DNA of 61,207 bases, filler included, from Sphacelaria rigidula (Eukaryota): NCBI GenBank assembly GCA_964200075.2. It is 6 parts of 6 records of this genome, joined end to end, with 100 filler letters (N's around TTAATTAATTAA, not from the genome) between each part and the next. Parts side by side here need not be neighbours in the genome. Positions count along the whole stretch, not along the records: positions 40,874 to 50,990 come from CAXNAA020007101.1; positions 51,091 to 61,207 come from CAXNAA020007102.1; 4 more parts are not named here. One strand, written 5' to 3'. How positions within the stretch are numbered: position 1 is the first letter of the stretch; each line of letters opens with the position of its first letter. Under the pieces are notes generated by a model. That model did no database searches, was not told the DNA's origin, and saw nothing but the letters and a program-made list of their open reading frames with translations. Positions 48,696 to 60,875 of this stretch are shown piece after piece. A program made the position numbers and the translations under genes.

Positions 48696-50614
48696 GTTTG
48701 CGATCGTCACGGGTTTTTGCCGAACAGATAACGACAAAAGATTGTACACCCTGGATGACGACAATATCTTGAGATTGTCAAAAAGTGTACTGCGTACAGT
48801 TTGGACTATATTTGTCTGTTGCAGTAAACGCAATAGCTGACACTGCACGTAGTGCGTATACTTTTTGACAATGTAATCTATTGTGTGGGGTGTGGTAGAT
48901 TGGGAGTTCTCGACCCTTACTATCCCGCATTCCCCCGCCTATTCCCCTGCCTCCCCACTAAGGATGTCCTACGTCACGCTCACGGCTAGGTACAAAGACT
49001 GCCGCTTCTGGTGGTCATAGGATACACACTTTGTCGAGTGTAGGCGGAAGACCGCGTTAAAAGGCGCCGCCAGAGTGCAAAATAAGCTTCTGAATAGTAA
49101 ACTGTGTGGAATTCACAACTAGAGAGGAGTGACGGAGGTCGCTGACTATTTCAGACGATCCCAACGATATTTTGGCATAATCTATGATACCTGTTTCCCA
49201 CTGCATCTACCAATTCATTCTCTCACGGTCTTGAGACGCAGTCTATCTCCGATATTTCCTTCGGTCATGCTACCGTATCGAAAAGTAGGTGCTGTCATGA
49301 TCGTCCCGTCACCTCACGTAGCACACCATGTTACGAAGCGTTGGCAGCAGGCTGTAGAACCGTAGTTTCCCAACACCTCCAATACCATCTCCTTTACGGC
49401 AAGTTGGATATCCCGACTGGGGCCGCCTATCTCGAGCAGTACTGTAGTATTGAAAAAGGCCAGAAAGTGCTTCTTTATCCTTCGATTAAATGAGATACTC
49501 ATGGAAACGAACCGAATAGATGGGACGACTACACATGAAAACGGACCCCCGGACTCGTCATTTAGAAACAATTGTTTTGGGTCCAGGCTCGTGCCGTAGA
49601 CTGCAAATATTTGTTTTTGGATCTTCAATGTGTTGGAAATATTGGCTCAAGTGCCGCTGTTTCACTAGACAGGTCAGAAAAGGCTTACGCAGTTGCGGTT
49701 AAGCTACCTCGCGATGTGCAGCGAAAACCCAGCGTTGGATGGCTTTCTGGGGAGCTGTCGGCCAAAATTAAATCGAGCGGCCGCTTTTGCACGTACAGAG
49801 ATGGAGGGAAAACTGGGTAAGCTTGGGAGAGTGGAAGCGGTGGCGATCAAAATCAAGCCTCAACACTCATCAATTTCTGGAACAAAACGCCAATTCCGCA
49901 CACGCCAGGAAGACCAAATCGCATCCTCTGATTCAACACTGATGTGTTAGTCTTGCTGTTGGAAATATTTTGTGGCTCGTGGTGTTTGGTACTGTTCTCG
50001 AAACAGACCGACTACTGTTCCGAAGACAGTAGTGTAGCAGAGGGTACACAGTGGTGGTTAGACCCCTTGCTCCTGCAGCTCTGAATAAAATCAGTGACAC
50101 AAAATGGTTGACTGGGCTCTTTATCTGGCCAAGAAAAACAGAACGCGCAGTCTCTTCTCAAAGCAGAGAGCTGGAGGTAGTGAAGGAGAGTGATTGCAAA
50201 GGGCGATAGAAACCACCGATTACAAACATCCCCAACCCTGGACGAAGAATCATACACTGCTGCACGTACGTAGGTTCTAACCGGATAATCCAATTCAACC
50301 TCTTCATCCCTGACGCGGTAGCCTTGGCAGCTTAGATCAACCGCAACCTTCCGCACAAGATATCCTACGACTTACTGGATACTCGCTAGAGTATTGACAA
50401 ATCAAGGCGACACGCCTACTATAGCAATGTCCTATTCGAGGCCCCATCCACACAGAAGAGGTACTCACCGTGAAAAGATACAATGTAACTGTACTACACG
50501 GTTTGAAGTTCCGTTGGACCGCAACAGGTTGTGCCGCTATTTTCTCTTGTTGCAACAACTCAATTCAAAACACAATGCATATAGGCTGTACCGTCTAGAT
50601 TATTTGCAACAGTA

Positions 50615-50804
50615 GTGACTCATGTGCGCGAGTCATCGATCATCTTGTAACGAGCAATGACTCGTGTGCTCGAGTCATCAATGTTTTCACAACGAGAAAA
50701 GACTCGTGTGCTCGAGTCAGTTATTTTTTCACAATGAGCAATGACTCGTGTGCTCGACTCATACATGTTCCCGAAACGATCAATGACTCGAGTGGTCGCC
50801 TTAT
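50615..50804. repeat. 42-bp tandem array (about 4.5 units) with palindromic core ATGACTCG-TGTGCT-CGAGTCAT
   Basis: Cores start at 50615, 50657, 50699, 50741 and 50783. Confidence 0.9.
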
Positions 50805-50877
50805 TAATGTATTAATTACTCGAGAGATACTCTCCGCCGCTTTAGTAGCACCCTGATCTCTGTGTGTTTGTGTGTGT

Positions 50878-50990
50878 TGGGGAGCGGGGGGGGCGTACTC
50901 ATTTGTTGCTTGCCTTAGTCATTTGATCATTGACCACGCATCCCTTTCGAGACGGAGCTTGGGGAGCGGTGGGGGGTGTACTCATGATCA
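50878..50990. repeat. Fragment of the central part of the 21427-21782 MITE family
   Basis: GCGTACTCATTTGTTGCTTGCCTTAGTCATTTGA; inverse match to 31615-31700. Confidence 0.8.
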
Positions 50991-51090
50991 NNNNNNNNNN
51001 NNNNNNNNNNNNNNNNNNNNNNNNNNNNNNNNNNTTAATTAATTAANNNNNNNNNNNNNNNNNNNNNNNNNNNNNNNNNNNNNNNNNNNN
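50991..51090. other. Artificial scaffold linker
   Basis: N44-TTAATTAATTAA-N44. Confidence 0.98.
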
Positions 51091-51189
51091 ATCTTTTTTT
51101 ACAAAAAAAAAAGGGGGGGGGGAAAAAGGGGGTTGGGGGGGGGGGGAGAAGGGTGTCGGAGACGGGGGCCCCCCCCCCCCCCCCCCCTT

Positions 51190-53165
51190 CTGCAGTAGTT
51201 GGGTATGCTTTGTTTATTTTTTGTTGACGAAAACTTGAACATCTTCTGTCGTGGTGGGAATCAGCGACGGAAAATGTTGAGGTGGATAATCGACTTGCGT
51301 ACACGCTCATAGACAGTGCAGGCAGTACAAAGCAACACGTTGTCCAAGTCTTTTTCATGTCGCACTGTGAGCTGAGAGAACAGATGGTCCTGGGCTGCCT
51401 GCAATGCACGTTGTCCGCTTCTCTTTCATATCCTAGTGTACGAAACACGCACACACACGCTCTCAAGGCACACTGCATTCAAACAGGGCAGACAGTACAG
51501 ACTGCCTGTACTGTTGTGGGTGTGAATGGGGGCCGATTTTGGGTGACATGATTCGGGAAAGTGCTCACCGACCACTGTGTGCGGAAGAAATGAAGCCTAC
51601 ATGAACCAATCAGTATCAATCACAAGTACACGCGGCACCTCGAAATGACGACCACGCTCATACAAGATGTACTGTTATTTCAGTATATTAAACGACAAAC
51701 CTGTGACTGACGTTGCTGTACGTCTGTACACCGGGTCACAACAAGAGGAGGATAAAAGCTGCTGCTTGTGTTGTGCCCCTGTTGTTGCTGTATGTTGTGC
51801 CAATATTTCAACGCTGCTATCTCGGCAACGAAGCAGAGGATTGGCCTGCGATTTGTTGCGTGCGCACCCCACACACCCAGTGTAGTTCGCGCCGTCACGC
51901 AATTGCTCTCGCTCGTGACAGTGAGCCGCACCATACCAAAATGTACAAAAAAAGGTATTTTTCAGTTTTGGGGACTTTCCGGTCCGCTGTGGCGAATGGA
52001 GCAAAGGGGCAACGGCTTGGCCGAGCTGTTGTGTGTATGCGGGGGCCGTGAAGTGCCGCGGGCCGGCTTGCTTCCTGTGTCGAGAACCTCGCGATGAAAT
52101 GTGCTATAACTGTCGCATACTAGACCAAGTTAATGAGGGGTGACAACTTGATGGTGTTTTTATTATTCCCCCGTGTTTTTTTCCCCGGAAAATGTCTTTT
52201 TTTGTCGTTAGGCCCCTCATTCACATCCGTCACTTTACACAAGCGGCGATGTACCGTTTCACGAACTTTACCGTCTTTTTTCGATCGAAAGCTTGAAAAT
52301 TCGCTTGAACCCAACTCCAGAAGAATGAGTGAATTTCGCTCAAATCAAATGCACCGTCCCTTCTCTCCGATCGAAAAAGTGCGGTGGAAATGAAAATCCG
52401 ATCTGATAGGTTTTTCGCATTTCTGTTCCTAGCTGGCTTCAACTATTTTTCATAAGTAGCGGCGCACGGAGGAGCAGTAAAAAACAATAAAGCTAAGCTT
52501 TTTCGGTTTAAGACATGCAGTCGAAAAGCACAAAGGGGCACTTGGCTCCGATTTTACCAACCACCACGCGAAATACCACCCGTTCATAGAACCATGCGGA
52601 CTCCACACAACTCATTATCAGCTACCACCGTAACCCTGCAGCGTAGAGCACGGGTTGAGCACAAATATAGATGGATACGCTGTAGTAGTTGGGTACGCTT
52701 CGTTGATTTTATGTCGGCGAAAAATTGAACACCTCATGTCATGCTAGGGATCAGCGACGGAAGTGCAAGGTGGGGTGGGCAACCGCCTTGCCTTCACTCT
52801 CGTGGACAGTGCAGACAGGACAAAGCTGCACATTGTCCCAAGTCCTTTTCACGTCGCATTGTAAGCATAGAGAACTGATAGTCCTGCGCTGTCTGTACTA
52901 CACGTTACCCCTTCTCTTTCACATCCTACTCAACGAAACACGCACACACACACACACACTCAAGGCACATTGCATGCAAATAGTGCAGACAGTACAGACT
53001 GTCTGTACTGTACACAAGCGACCATGTACCACTTCACGATTTTTTGTCTTTTTTCGATCGAAAGCTTGAAAATTCGCTTGGACCCAACCCGAGAAAATGA
53101 GCGAAATTCGCTGTAAACAATTCCACCGCCCCTTTATTTTTATCGGAAAAAGGTGAGATAAAATA
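51190..53165. repeat. Diverged direct duplication (51190-51514 ~ 52680-53011; 52236-52390 ~ 53011-53165)
   Basis: Colinear similarity by eye. The first copy has about 720 extra bp (51515-52235). Confidence 0.8.
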
Positions 53166-56100
53166 CGCCCTCTGTCCTGAAAAAAACGCCGCCACCGGAA
53201 AACCCAAGAGTGTCCTGGAACTGTTTTAACGAGGACGTCAAGTCATACCAAGGTGTCAACATTCGTCTAGCCCTCTTAAGGGCTTAAAACAGTGCAGGAT
53301 CAAAAAGGCAGATTTCAACAAGATTTTTTTTCGACACATGAGAAGTGGCCTAACAGTTAGGGATGCAAATCGCTCACAATATATCCCCCAAAAGTGTCCC
53401 AACTCTTCCTGATGGACAAATCAAGCTAGCCAGTCAGAGACAAAGGATCCATCCGGTCGGCTCGAAGAGAACCCCAGGAAGTTTCTGCGCACGTTACACA
53501 CACTGTCGCAGGTGCAGTGCTCATGGTCGTACTGATTATTTATTTTTCGAGTCAAGATAATTTCAGATTACCCACCTCGGGGGTGACAATAGACAAATCC
53601 GAATTCAACAGAGTACAACAGTAGTACAATGCAGTACACAAGCTGTGTGGTGATGCAGTGTTGTCTCATCTCTGCCCCCGCTGCATTCCTTTCCTTCTTT
53701 TATGGGCACCACCAATGATCAGATTACAGGAAACCTTTGAAAAGCGTTGAACCTGTGAGCCTCCACGGTGGGTCATCTGGGATTTGCGTTGATCCTTAAA
53801 GTCAAAGTTATGCCAATGCACAACAGATGATTCGCCCTGAAGGTGGTTGTGTAGAGGTGGACAAAGCCGAGAAACAAGGCACAGTACAGTGCAGGACAGT
53901 ACAGTTCAGGAGAGTGTTGTCTTATTTCTCTCCTTCCCCGTTTTCCTTCTCATTGCTCCCATTATCTAATGCTATCACCATGGACCACATTACAAGAAGC
54001 CTTCGGAGAGCGTGAACTCGTCCTGCCCCCAGCTCTGAAGTGAACCCTTATGAGTCCACCATGAGTCATCTGGGTCCTGTTCATATTTCGAGTCAAATTA
54101 AGCTAATTCAATATATGCGAACATAACACTGAAGCTTCGTGGCAGCGCAGGGACGATGTACAGACCTCAGGGCGCATGTGGCGGTTAACGTAGACTCTGC
54201 ATAACCAAGAGAGAGAAGAGCACAAGACAGTCACCATGGTGTTGTCTGTTCCAGTACACACCATGCTCTCTATCGTGGGTACCCAGAGCGGCTGGGTATA
54301 CAGCAGCATTCCTTCTCTGTTTCTAATTTGTCGGAGTGCATTATACCCCGGCACAATTTTGATCACAGAAACAAATTTACTCCGATTCAGACCTCTTCTC
54401 GCATTTTGCCCCGCCTCCGTCCCTTCTGCGGGTTTTTATTTCGTTTACTCTTGTCGGGAACGGTGGCTTGTCGGGGCGAGTCCATCGATAGGCCGGCTAA
54501 ATCAGAGACGATCTCGTCGGCCACGAGTGCGATTCGAGCGCTGTTTTTGTGGTGTGTGCTTCAAATCACAATGCGTATTTGTTCAAATCACAATGCGTAC
54601 ATCCCACGCTCGGCACACCAGACCGCGAAAAAACAAAAATCAGAGTTTCAGAGAACGCTAGAAGAGTTGAGAAAAAAGGAGTTTGACCAGGCATGCGTCC
54701 CAGGGGTGTGGATGTGGATGTGGCACCTGAACAGGGAGGGCGTCGCTTGAACGCACGATTTGCTCTTCCTAAGGATGTAGTTTTCAATCAAGTGTATCCA
54801 CATGGAAGAAAGGAAACGAGGATGAGTTGTCTTTAGTCTGTAAAATTTCGTCGAGCAGCCTGACAAAATTCGGAGTATAACACCCCCCCCCCCGATTCGC
54901 ATTCCTAATAGTAGCGTTTTGAAGTGGGTTAATGGTTCGAACAACCTTACAAGTGGGTGGCAAAAAAGAGCTGACGGCCCCCCATTGGCTGGTGAAGGGG
55001 GAGCGCCGGGGGCAAGAAAAAGACGCCATTTGACTTCACATCTCTTCAGAATAGTGTAGAAACTCTAGCCGGAAAGCAATTGCACTTGATGCAAAAACAG
55101 GATTAGTATGAGGAAAAAACGAAAAAGCCCTTGATTTACTCCCTTGTGAGCCCCGCTCCGTGTTGGCACTTCGTACATGGCTGTAGTGTTGACAACTGTG
55201 TTTTTGTTCCAGTGGTGCCAAATCATCACATCAGCGGAGCGCGGAGCGATCAAGTGCCCAGCGACCAAGAACGGGCATTTTTTGTGTTCATACAGGAAAA
55301 GCGTGCTGCGGGGCTAACGCCCCCACACGGTAATCAATGATAATGTTATTCAAGAGCGGCGGGTAAATACGACACAAATGCAGTGTTCAGACGAAATGGG
55401 TCCTTTCGGCGCCAAAATTACTCGATTACTGTTTTAAAATGTCTTCATTTTGTTGTGCGACTTGTGATTTGGTTTTAGAGCACAGGAACGGTATCCCAGA
55501 AACCCGCGTCCACCACCCCCTTGACACAAAAGTCAACCCGTCCAATTTACCAACACTAACAAGCAGCTTGGAGATCAGCTTAACCGAGAGTAGCCGACGA
55601 CCGCAATACGCAGTAATGACTTGAGGCTGCCATTCCTACCCATCCCCTCTAACCACGGCTGGCATCTTCGTGTTCTGCAGCGCAAGCCGCCAGCGACTAC
55701 TGCACACAAACTGGTGCGAAGTTAATCAGGTTGCGGCACACCCCTCCTCATATATACTGTGCTTCATTTGTACTACACTGTATGCTTGTGGTTGACGATC
55801 AACCCCCAAGACACGTCGTTGTTGCCCCTACTTCGTGCTAGGAGCCACGTCTGTCTGTCGTTGACATGGTTAGGTACAGATAAGCATATTATTATATAGG
55901 ACTCTACTCTCCTCTCCTGTACGGTGCGGTAAGCGGAGCCCACTACCACGTAGTCCCTGTTGTTGAACAATGGATCTGAGAGTTCTCTTCCATTATTATT
56001 AGTTATTTTAGTCAACTCATGCACTGTCCGACGTTTGGAACTTTCATTGGTCAGGGGTGGTTGAAGAGGGTGCAGTATTCCCATAAGGCCTGTCCCAAAA

Positions 56101-58048
56101 TTAGTGTGCAAATAGTTTGCCGCGTGCCTAATTTTTAAATTTTCGCGCAAACTTGTCCGAGGAATAATACGTACGCTGTTGCGTCGAGGGATATATGGGC
56201 TCGTAGTAGTAGTCGATGGCGATGTGGTATGTAAAGAGGACACGATAGAGCATATTTTCTCTGCAGCCTACGACCGACCTGGGAAATGTGTTACTGCCTT
56301 TGTCGATTCGATACATGCCGTATCGGGGACGACAAGAGGGGCATGGCCAAACTGGCATTTTGTCGCACTGGTACGAGCAGCTTCCGAGATCCAACCCGAA
56401 ACAAAACACCCCTTGAACCCACATTAACTTGAAGTAATTAGAAGACGCCGTAACGAAACAAACTAAGTGTGTGTACAAGCTGAACAAGATCGCATGGACC
56501 GCATTGAGGTCTGCAGCCGTGTGCAGTACTGCTTCGTATACCTAGCGCTCTTCACGCGGTAAGCCTACAGGAACCCAGCTCCAGTAGGCTCAGCTGCTCG
56601 TAGAACTTTGTTCTTTGAGCACCAGCATAGTCAGCAAGATGGCAGTCAAGAGCTGCATGTTCGTGGTACGCAGGGCTGTGCTCACTGTCTCTACGACTGT
56701 ACAAATATCCGTACATGTACAGGCAGCCCGACGGCACGGTACTGTACTGTACTATGCGCCGGAACCAAGACGGGAAAGGACAATTATACGTGTAAAGCAA
56801 TTCTGGTGTAGTGAACCTACATTCCACCCTCTTTGGCTTTGTAGATGGTGTGGGGCGGCGGTTCACAGCACGAGGTGTGGGTGCAGTAATGTTCGACTGC
56901 TGTACTCACAGTCTTCTTTCTCGTCGATGCCCATAAGACATGTGCATTCGCAGGTGGTGTCGAGAAAAGGGCAACAAACCTCTAAAAAATTAGTTGTTCG
57001 AAATTATGTTTTCGCGTGTCTTCGGCGATTAGCTCGCCCCATGCACAGATTGCCATGTCCGCGTTGATGAGCCCTTCATGAGAACTTCCATTTGATATAA
57101 GTTCCTCCATGTGGGGTGCCACCCCACCGAAGATAAAAACCGAACAGTGCCTGCCCATAAACATGATTTCCATCACTTATGTCAACAGCATCATTGTTTG
57201 TAGCACTATTCTCTGCGGCGCCATGTGAAGTTTAGTCCCACCTTAATTCACGTGCCTACATCGCTGCCGTCTCTGGCGTGATCTGAGCTGAAGGCGCTCG
57301 TATCATGATGTGTGCGACCTTCGCGTCCACGTTCGTTCGTGCGCACTGTCAGCATGTCTTCACCACGGGAGCATGTCAATACATTGCGAACATTGATTTG
57401 AGAATGAACCAACGCGTGTAAAAGGCGCTTCCGAGTGTGATACGTGGGGAATATAGTCGATCCACTGCGAGTAGAACCGGTCAGTCGTCCAGTTCTGCCG
57501 GTTGACTGAAACTGTTGAAGTGACAGCCAACGAAATCTCTTATGAACAGGAAGCAGAAACCACTCAGAAGAAATGTTCACACTTGAAATCCGGGCTAAGA
57601 AGGAGTACCATTGCTGAGCAAACCCCCTGTTGACCTCTGCGCCGGTTTCAGATACACGGCCATAGAAGCAAGGCCATTGAATCAGATTGCGGCTCAGCTT
57701 CTTGTAGACCGCAGTATTAGATAGACTCTCTGAACTTCCAACCCTTCAGAAAAGGAAACATGAAACACTTGATACCGCAGGCGCGAAAAAAGTATACGGG
57801 CAAATAAGCAGCGAGAAGGATCAGGCGAACGAAGTAGAAAGGAAAACCTGACCAGGAAAAAAGGTAAAGTTGGAAGCCAAGGACAAGAGAGGACGAACGA
57901 CAGGAAATGCCAGGAGCATCAGTTTACCCTCACCTCCCCTCACCCCTGGTCAGGAACAAAGCGGACCACTCTGTCGGTCACTTCCCTACCTCACGGGATT
58001 CCTCGCCGACTGCTGTTGCCGTTATGTAAATGGTGGCGGCTCTTCTTC

Positions 58049-58419
58049 TGTGTTGTGTTGTCGTCCCATCTATTCTGGACGCCAGTTTACACCTTTCGTT
58101 ATATGTGGGCGCCCCATGCGGGGTCACACAGGAGGAAGGTCAACACAGGAGCTTTTTTCTTTTTTCTCATTTGTTTTTGGTAGCCCACCTTCCTTCTGCG
58201 GTGCTTGCCTTTATTTATTATCGCGAGAGGCGTTCAGCAACCTTTTTCCCTCGTCGACCGTTGAGTCGAATTTTGTGTACACACGACATCGTCGCTCTCC
58301 ACTGGTGGGCATGGTGGGAGAAACAATCCCAGAACGCTNNNNNNNNNNCGAGAATTGAACCCACGACCCAACCGTCAAAACGTTTCGAGGTTACCAACTG
58401 AGCCACGGGGGCGACCGGC
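58049..58419 (-). mobile_element. tRNA-derived SINE
   Basis: The minus strand starts GCCGGTCGCCCCCGTGGCTCAGTTGGT (A box) and has GGTTCAATTCT (B box). A ~290-bp body ends in an (ACAAC)n-like tail. Confidence 0.8.
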
Positions 58420-59333
58420 TCATGCTTCTGGGGGCTTCAGACCCGGAAGAATGCGTTATGAATTTTGCCAGGGGCCCCCATCGTTTTCGTGAACCTCGTG
58501 CTGGCATACTTTGCCAGGGTCGGGGAATTGGCCGAAGGAAGTACGTCAAGCAGGAAAAATGGACGAACGACACGCAGCAGGCCCGACGCTTCGCAAAGAA
58601 GCGCAGTTTCAACTCTTGACACACTTTTCGTGAGTGAAACCGTGACTTTTGGTGATTCGTTCATCATTAGACGAATCAATCATATGATCGTACAAGAATT
58701 GGAGAATTGTGCCCCGTGCATGTCTTTCACTGGCCGCTCGCAACATGTTTTTCAGGGGTACATAAGGCAGGGCTTTCCCTATCGGGATGACAAAATTGTG
58801 ACTTATTCACGCCCTGTGATGGGTCGCTCCCATAACACCCGCACAAAGCAGCGGCTTCTCAAGGGGAGACATGCACGGTTCAACAACTTGATATTTTCGT
58901 TATCGTTGCCCATAACATCCATGTTGAGCGGTATCGGAATCACAAGTTTTATGTACATCTGCGCAAGAAATTTCAACATATCTTGCTGGCAGAGTTTGAT
59001 TGTCTGAAAGGCCAAGGAGGTAGCTCAAAAAAAGGCAACTAAAGTAGACAGTACCTGCAACAGAGCCCTGGGCGAGTACGCAAAGTCAACCGGCGCCATA
59101 AGCGCATTAGATCTGGCGCTGGCCCTTGATCATCTCAACATAGCAGTGTTTGCTTCACGTAATCTGTCAAGTGTTGGATGAGGGGTGGCCATTTGTATGC
59201 CAACACGAGAATGTTCCACACCTTGAATGTATAATGCCTATTTGGTGAACCATTTTTCCTATCCGTGTAGCTTGTGCGGAATAGTTGCTGCTACATGATT
59301 AGCCACGCGTCTTTTTCGGACGAAAGTTTACAT

Positions 59334-60433
59334 AAGACTAGTTGCACGAAAGTTTGAATCACAAGTTGTTCACATGTGATTCGCCTCACAAATCTTCCAC
59401 CCTGCAGTTGTCTACAGACGACTAGTTGCCAACGTTTTTATTCGGTAGTTGTCCGCGGACGAGTATTTGCACAGAGTTTTCATGCAACAATCATCTCCCG
59501 AGCACTATTTTCCCAACATTTCTAGCAGGCAATCGTTTGCTGGCGACCAGTCACATAGATGTCTCATTCAGTTGCCGTCGTCTACAGGCAACTAGTCGCA
59601 TAGATTTCCATTCCGCTGTCGTCTATCAGTGACTGATCGCACAGGTTCATCATTCAACAGTTTTCTAGAGGCGACTAGTTGCACATGTTCTTTATTCCGT
59701 AGTCGTCTTCAGGCAACTAGGCAGTTGCTATCCAAAGGCGACTGATCGCACATTCGTGTTGGTGATCAAGTCCTCCATAGACCACTACTTGCCCACCGTT
59801 GCCATCCAGTCCCTTGTTTACACTTTGATGGAATTTCCCTTAAAACAAGCATGGACCTCAAAGAGTGTCTGGTTGATTAAAGAATCCGCACGCGCTTGCC
59901 CACTCGGCACATTCTGTCATGTTTCGGTATATCATACACCGGCATACGGTTGGCTCGCCGATGTCGACTAAAATATAAATATTCATAATTTTCAAGTAGT
60001 TAGTCCGCTGCTTCCTCTCGTCTAGTAGCAGGGGTTGAAAGGTAGATCAACAGTTTTTCAGTCGAAAGTTAGTGTTGACTGCGTTCTACTGTTGATTGCC
60101 CAACAAACGTCTACGCCCACGAGTGTCAACAGTTCGAGCACGTTCGTGTAAAATATTTGCCCATTTGCAGCTAGTTGCTTAGTCTCCTCATCCGGTAAAG
60201 TGGTGTTCAAATGCGACTAGTTGCACAGATTTCTCGTTCAGTAATCGTTCACACGCGACGAGTTGCCTAAAACTTTCATCCAATAGTCCTCTACAGGTGA
60301 CCAGTCGTACGGGTTTTTCATTCAATAGTCGTCTACAGACCACTAGTTGCACAGGTTTCCTATCCGTTGGTTGTTCCCAATCGACTAACTGCACAGCATA
60401 TTCCCACCATAGTCATCTGTATGCAACTAGTCT
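59334..60433. repeat. Degenerate ~42-bp tandem array in two blocks (59334-59800, 60167-60433)
   Basis: GCGACTAGTTGCAC-like cores with exact 42-bp spacing at 60213, 60255, 60297, 60339, 60381 and 60423. Confidence 0.85.
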
Positions 60434-60749
60434 GTAATCGTAATCGTACAGATGGGGAGCGTTTCCAAAAATATTGCTATTGGAAGTTTGTGCGCGTTTC
60501 ATTTGGCATGGATCTTCCACAAATGGTTGTGCAGCAGAAGCCACACGTCTGTTTATACTAGATTCGGCGAAATGGATCATACGAATCGTGGTTATTCGTT
60601 CGATGTGTACACACTTTTAGGAATGCCTGCGCGAACATATTAACGGGGCTCTTATACTCCATCTCCGAATGCTGGAAGCCTAAAAATATCCATTATTCAC
60701 AGGCACCGTAGGTAAGGTAGGTACCCGGTACCAGTATTTGAGAACTGTC

Positions 60750-60875
60750 ATTGATTGATTGATTCATTATCTCACATTAGCTGATCCCAACAATCCAGCC
60801 CGTGGTCAGGAGCAGTAAAAATAGAACAGAAAAATAAAAAAATACAATAAAGAAAGAAAGGAACAGAAAAACGAT
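60750..60875 (-). mobile_element. Probable 3' end of a non-LTR retroposon with an (ATCA)n tail
   Basis: Minus strand: T/C-rich tract, then GGGATCAGCTAATGTGAGATAATG and (AATC)n. Confidence 0.45.

Noticed and set aside
50615..50804. True CRISPR array
   Set aside because: The variable parts are only ~12 nt and resemble each other, there are no cas genes or leader, and the context is eukaryotic. Kept only as an unexplained array.
53827..54700. Small plus-strand exons (MIRPEG..., EFQRTLEELRKKEFDQ)
   Set aside because: They would need GC or ambiguous donors, and the product is not recognised.
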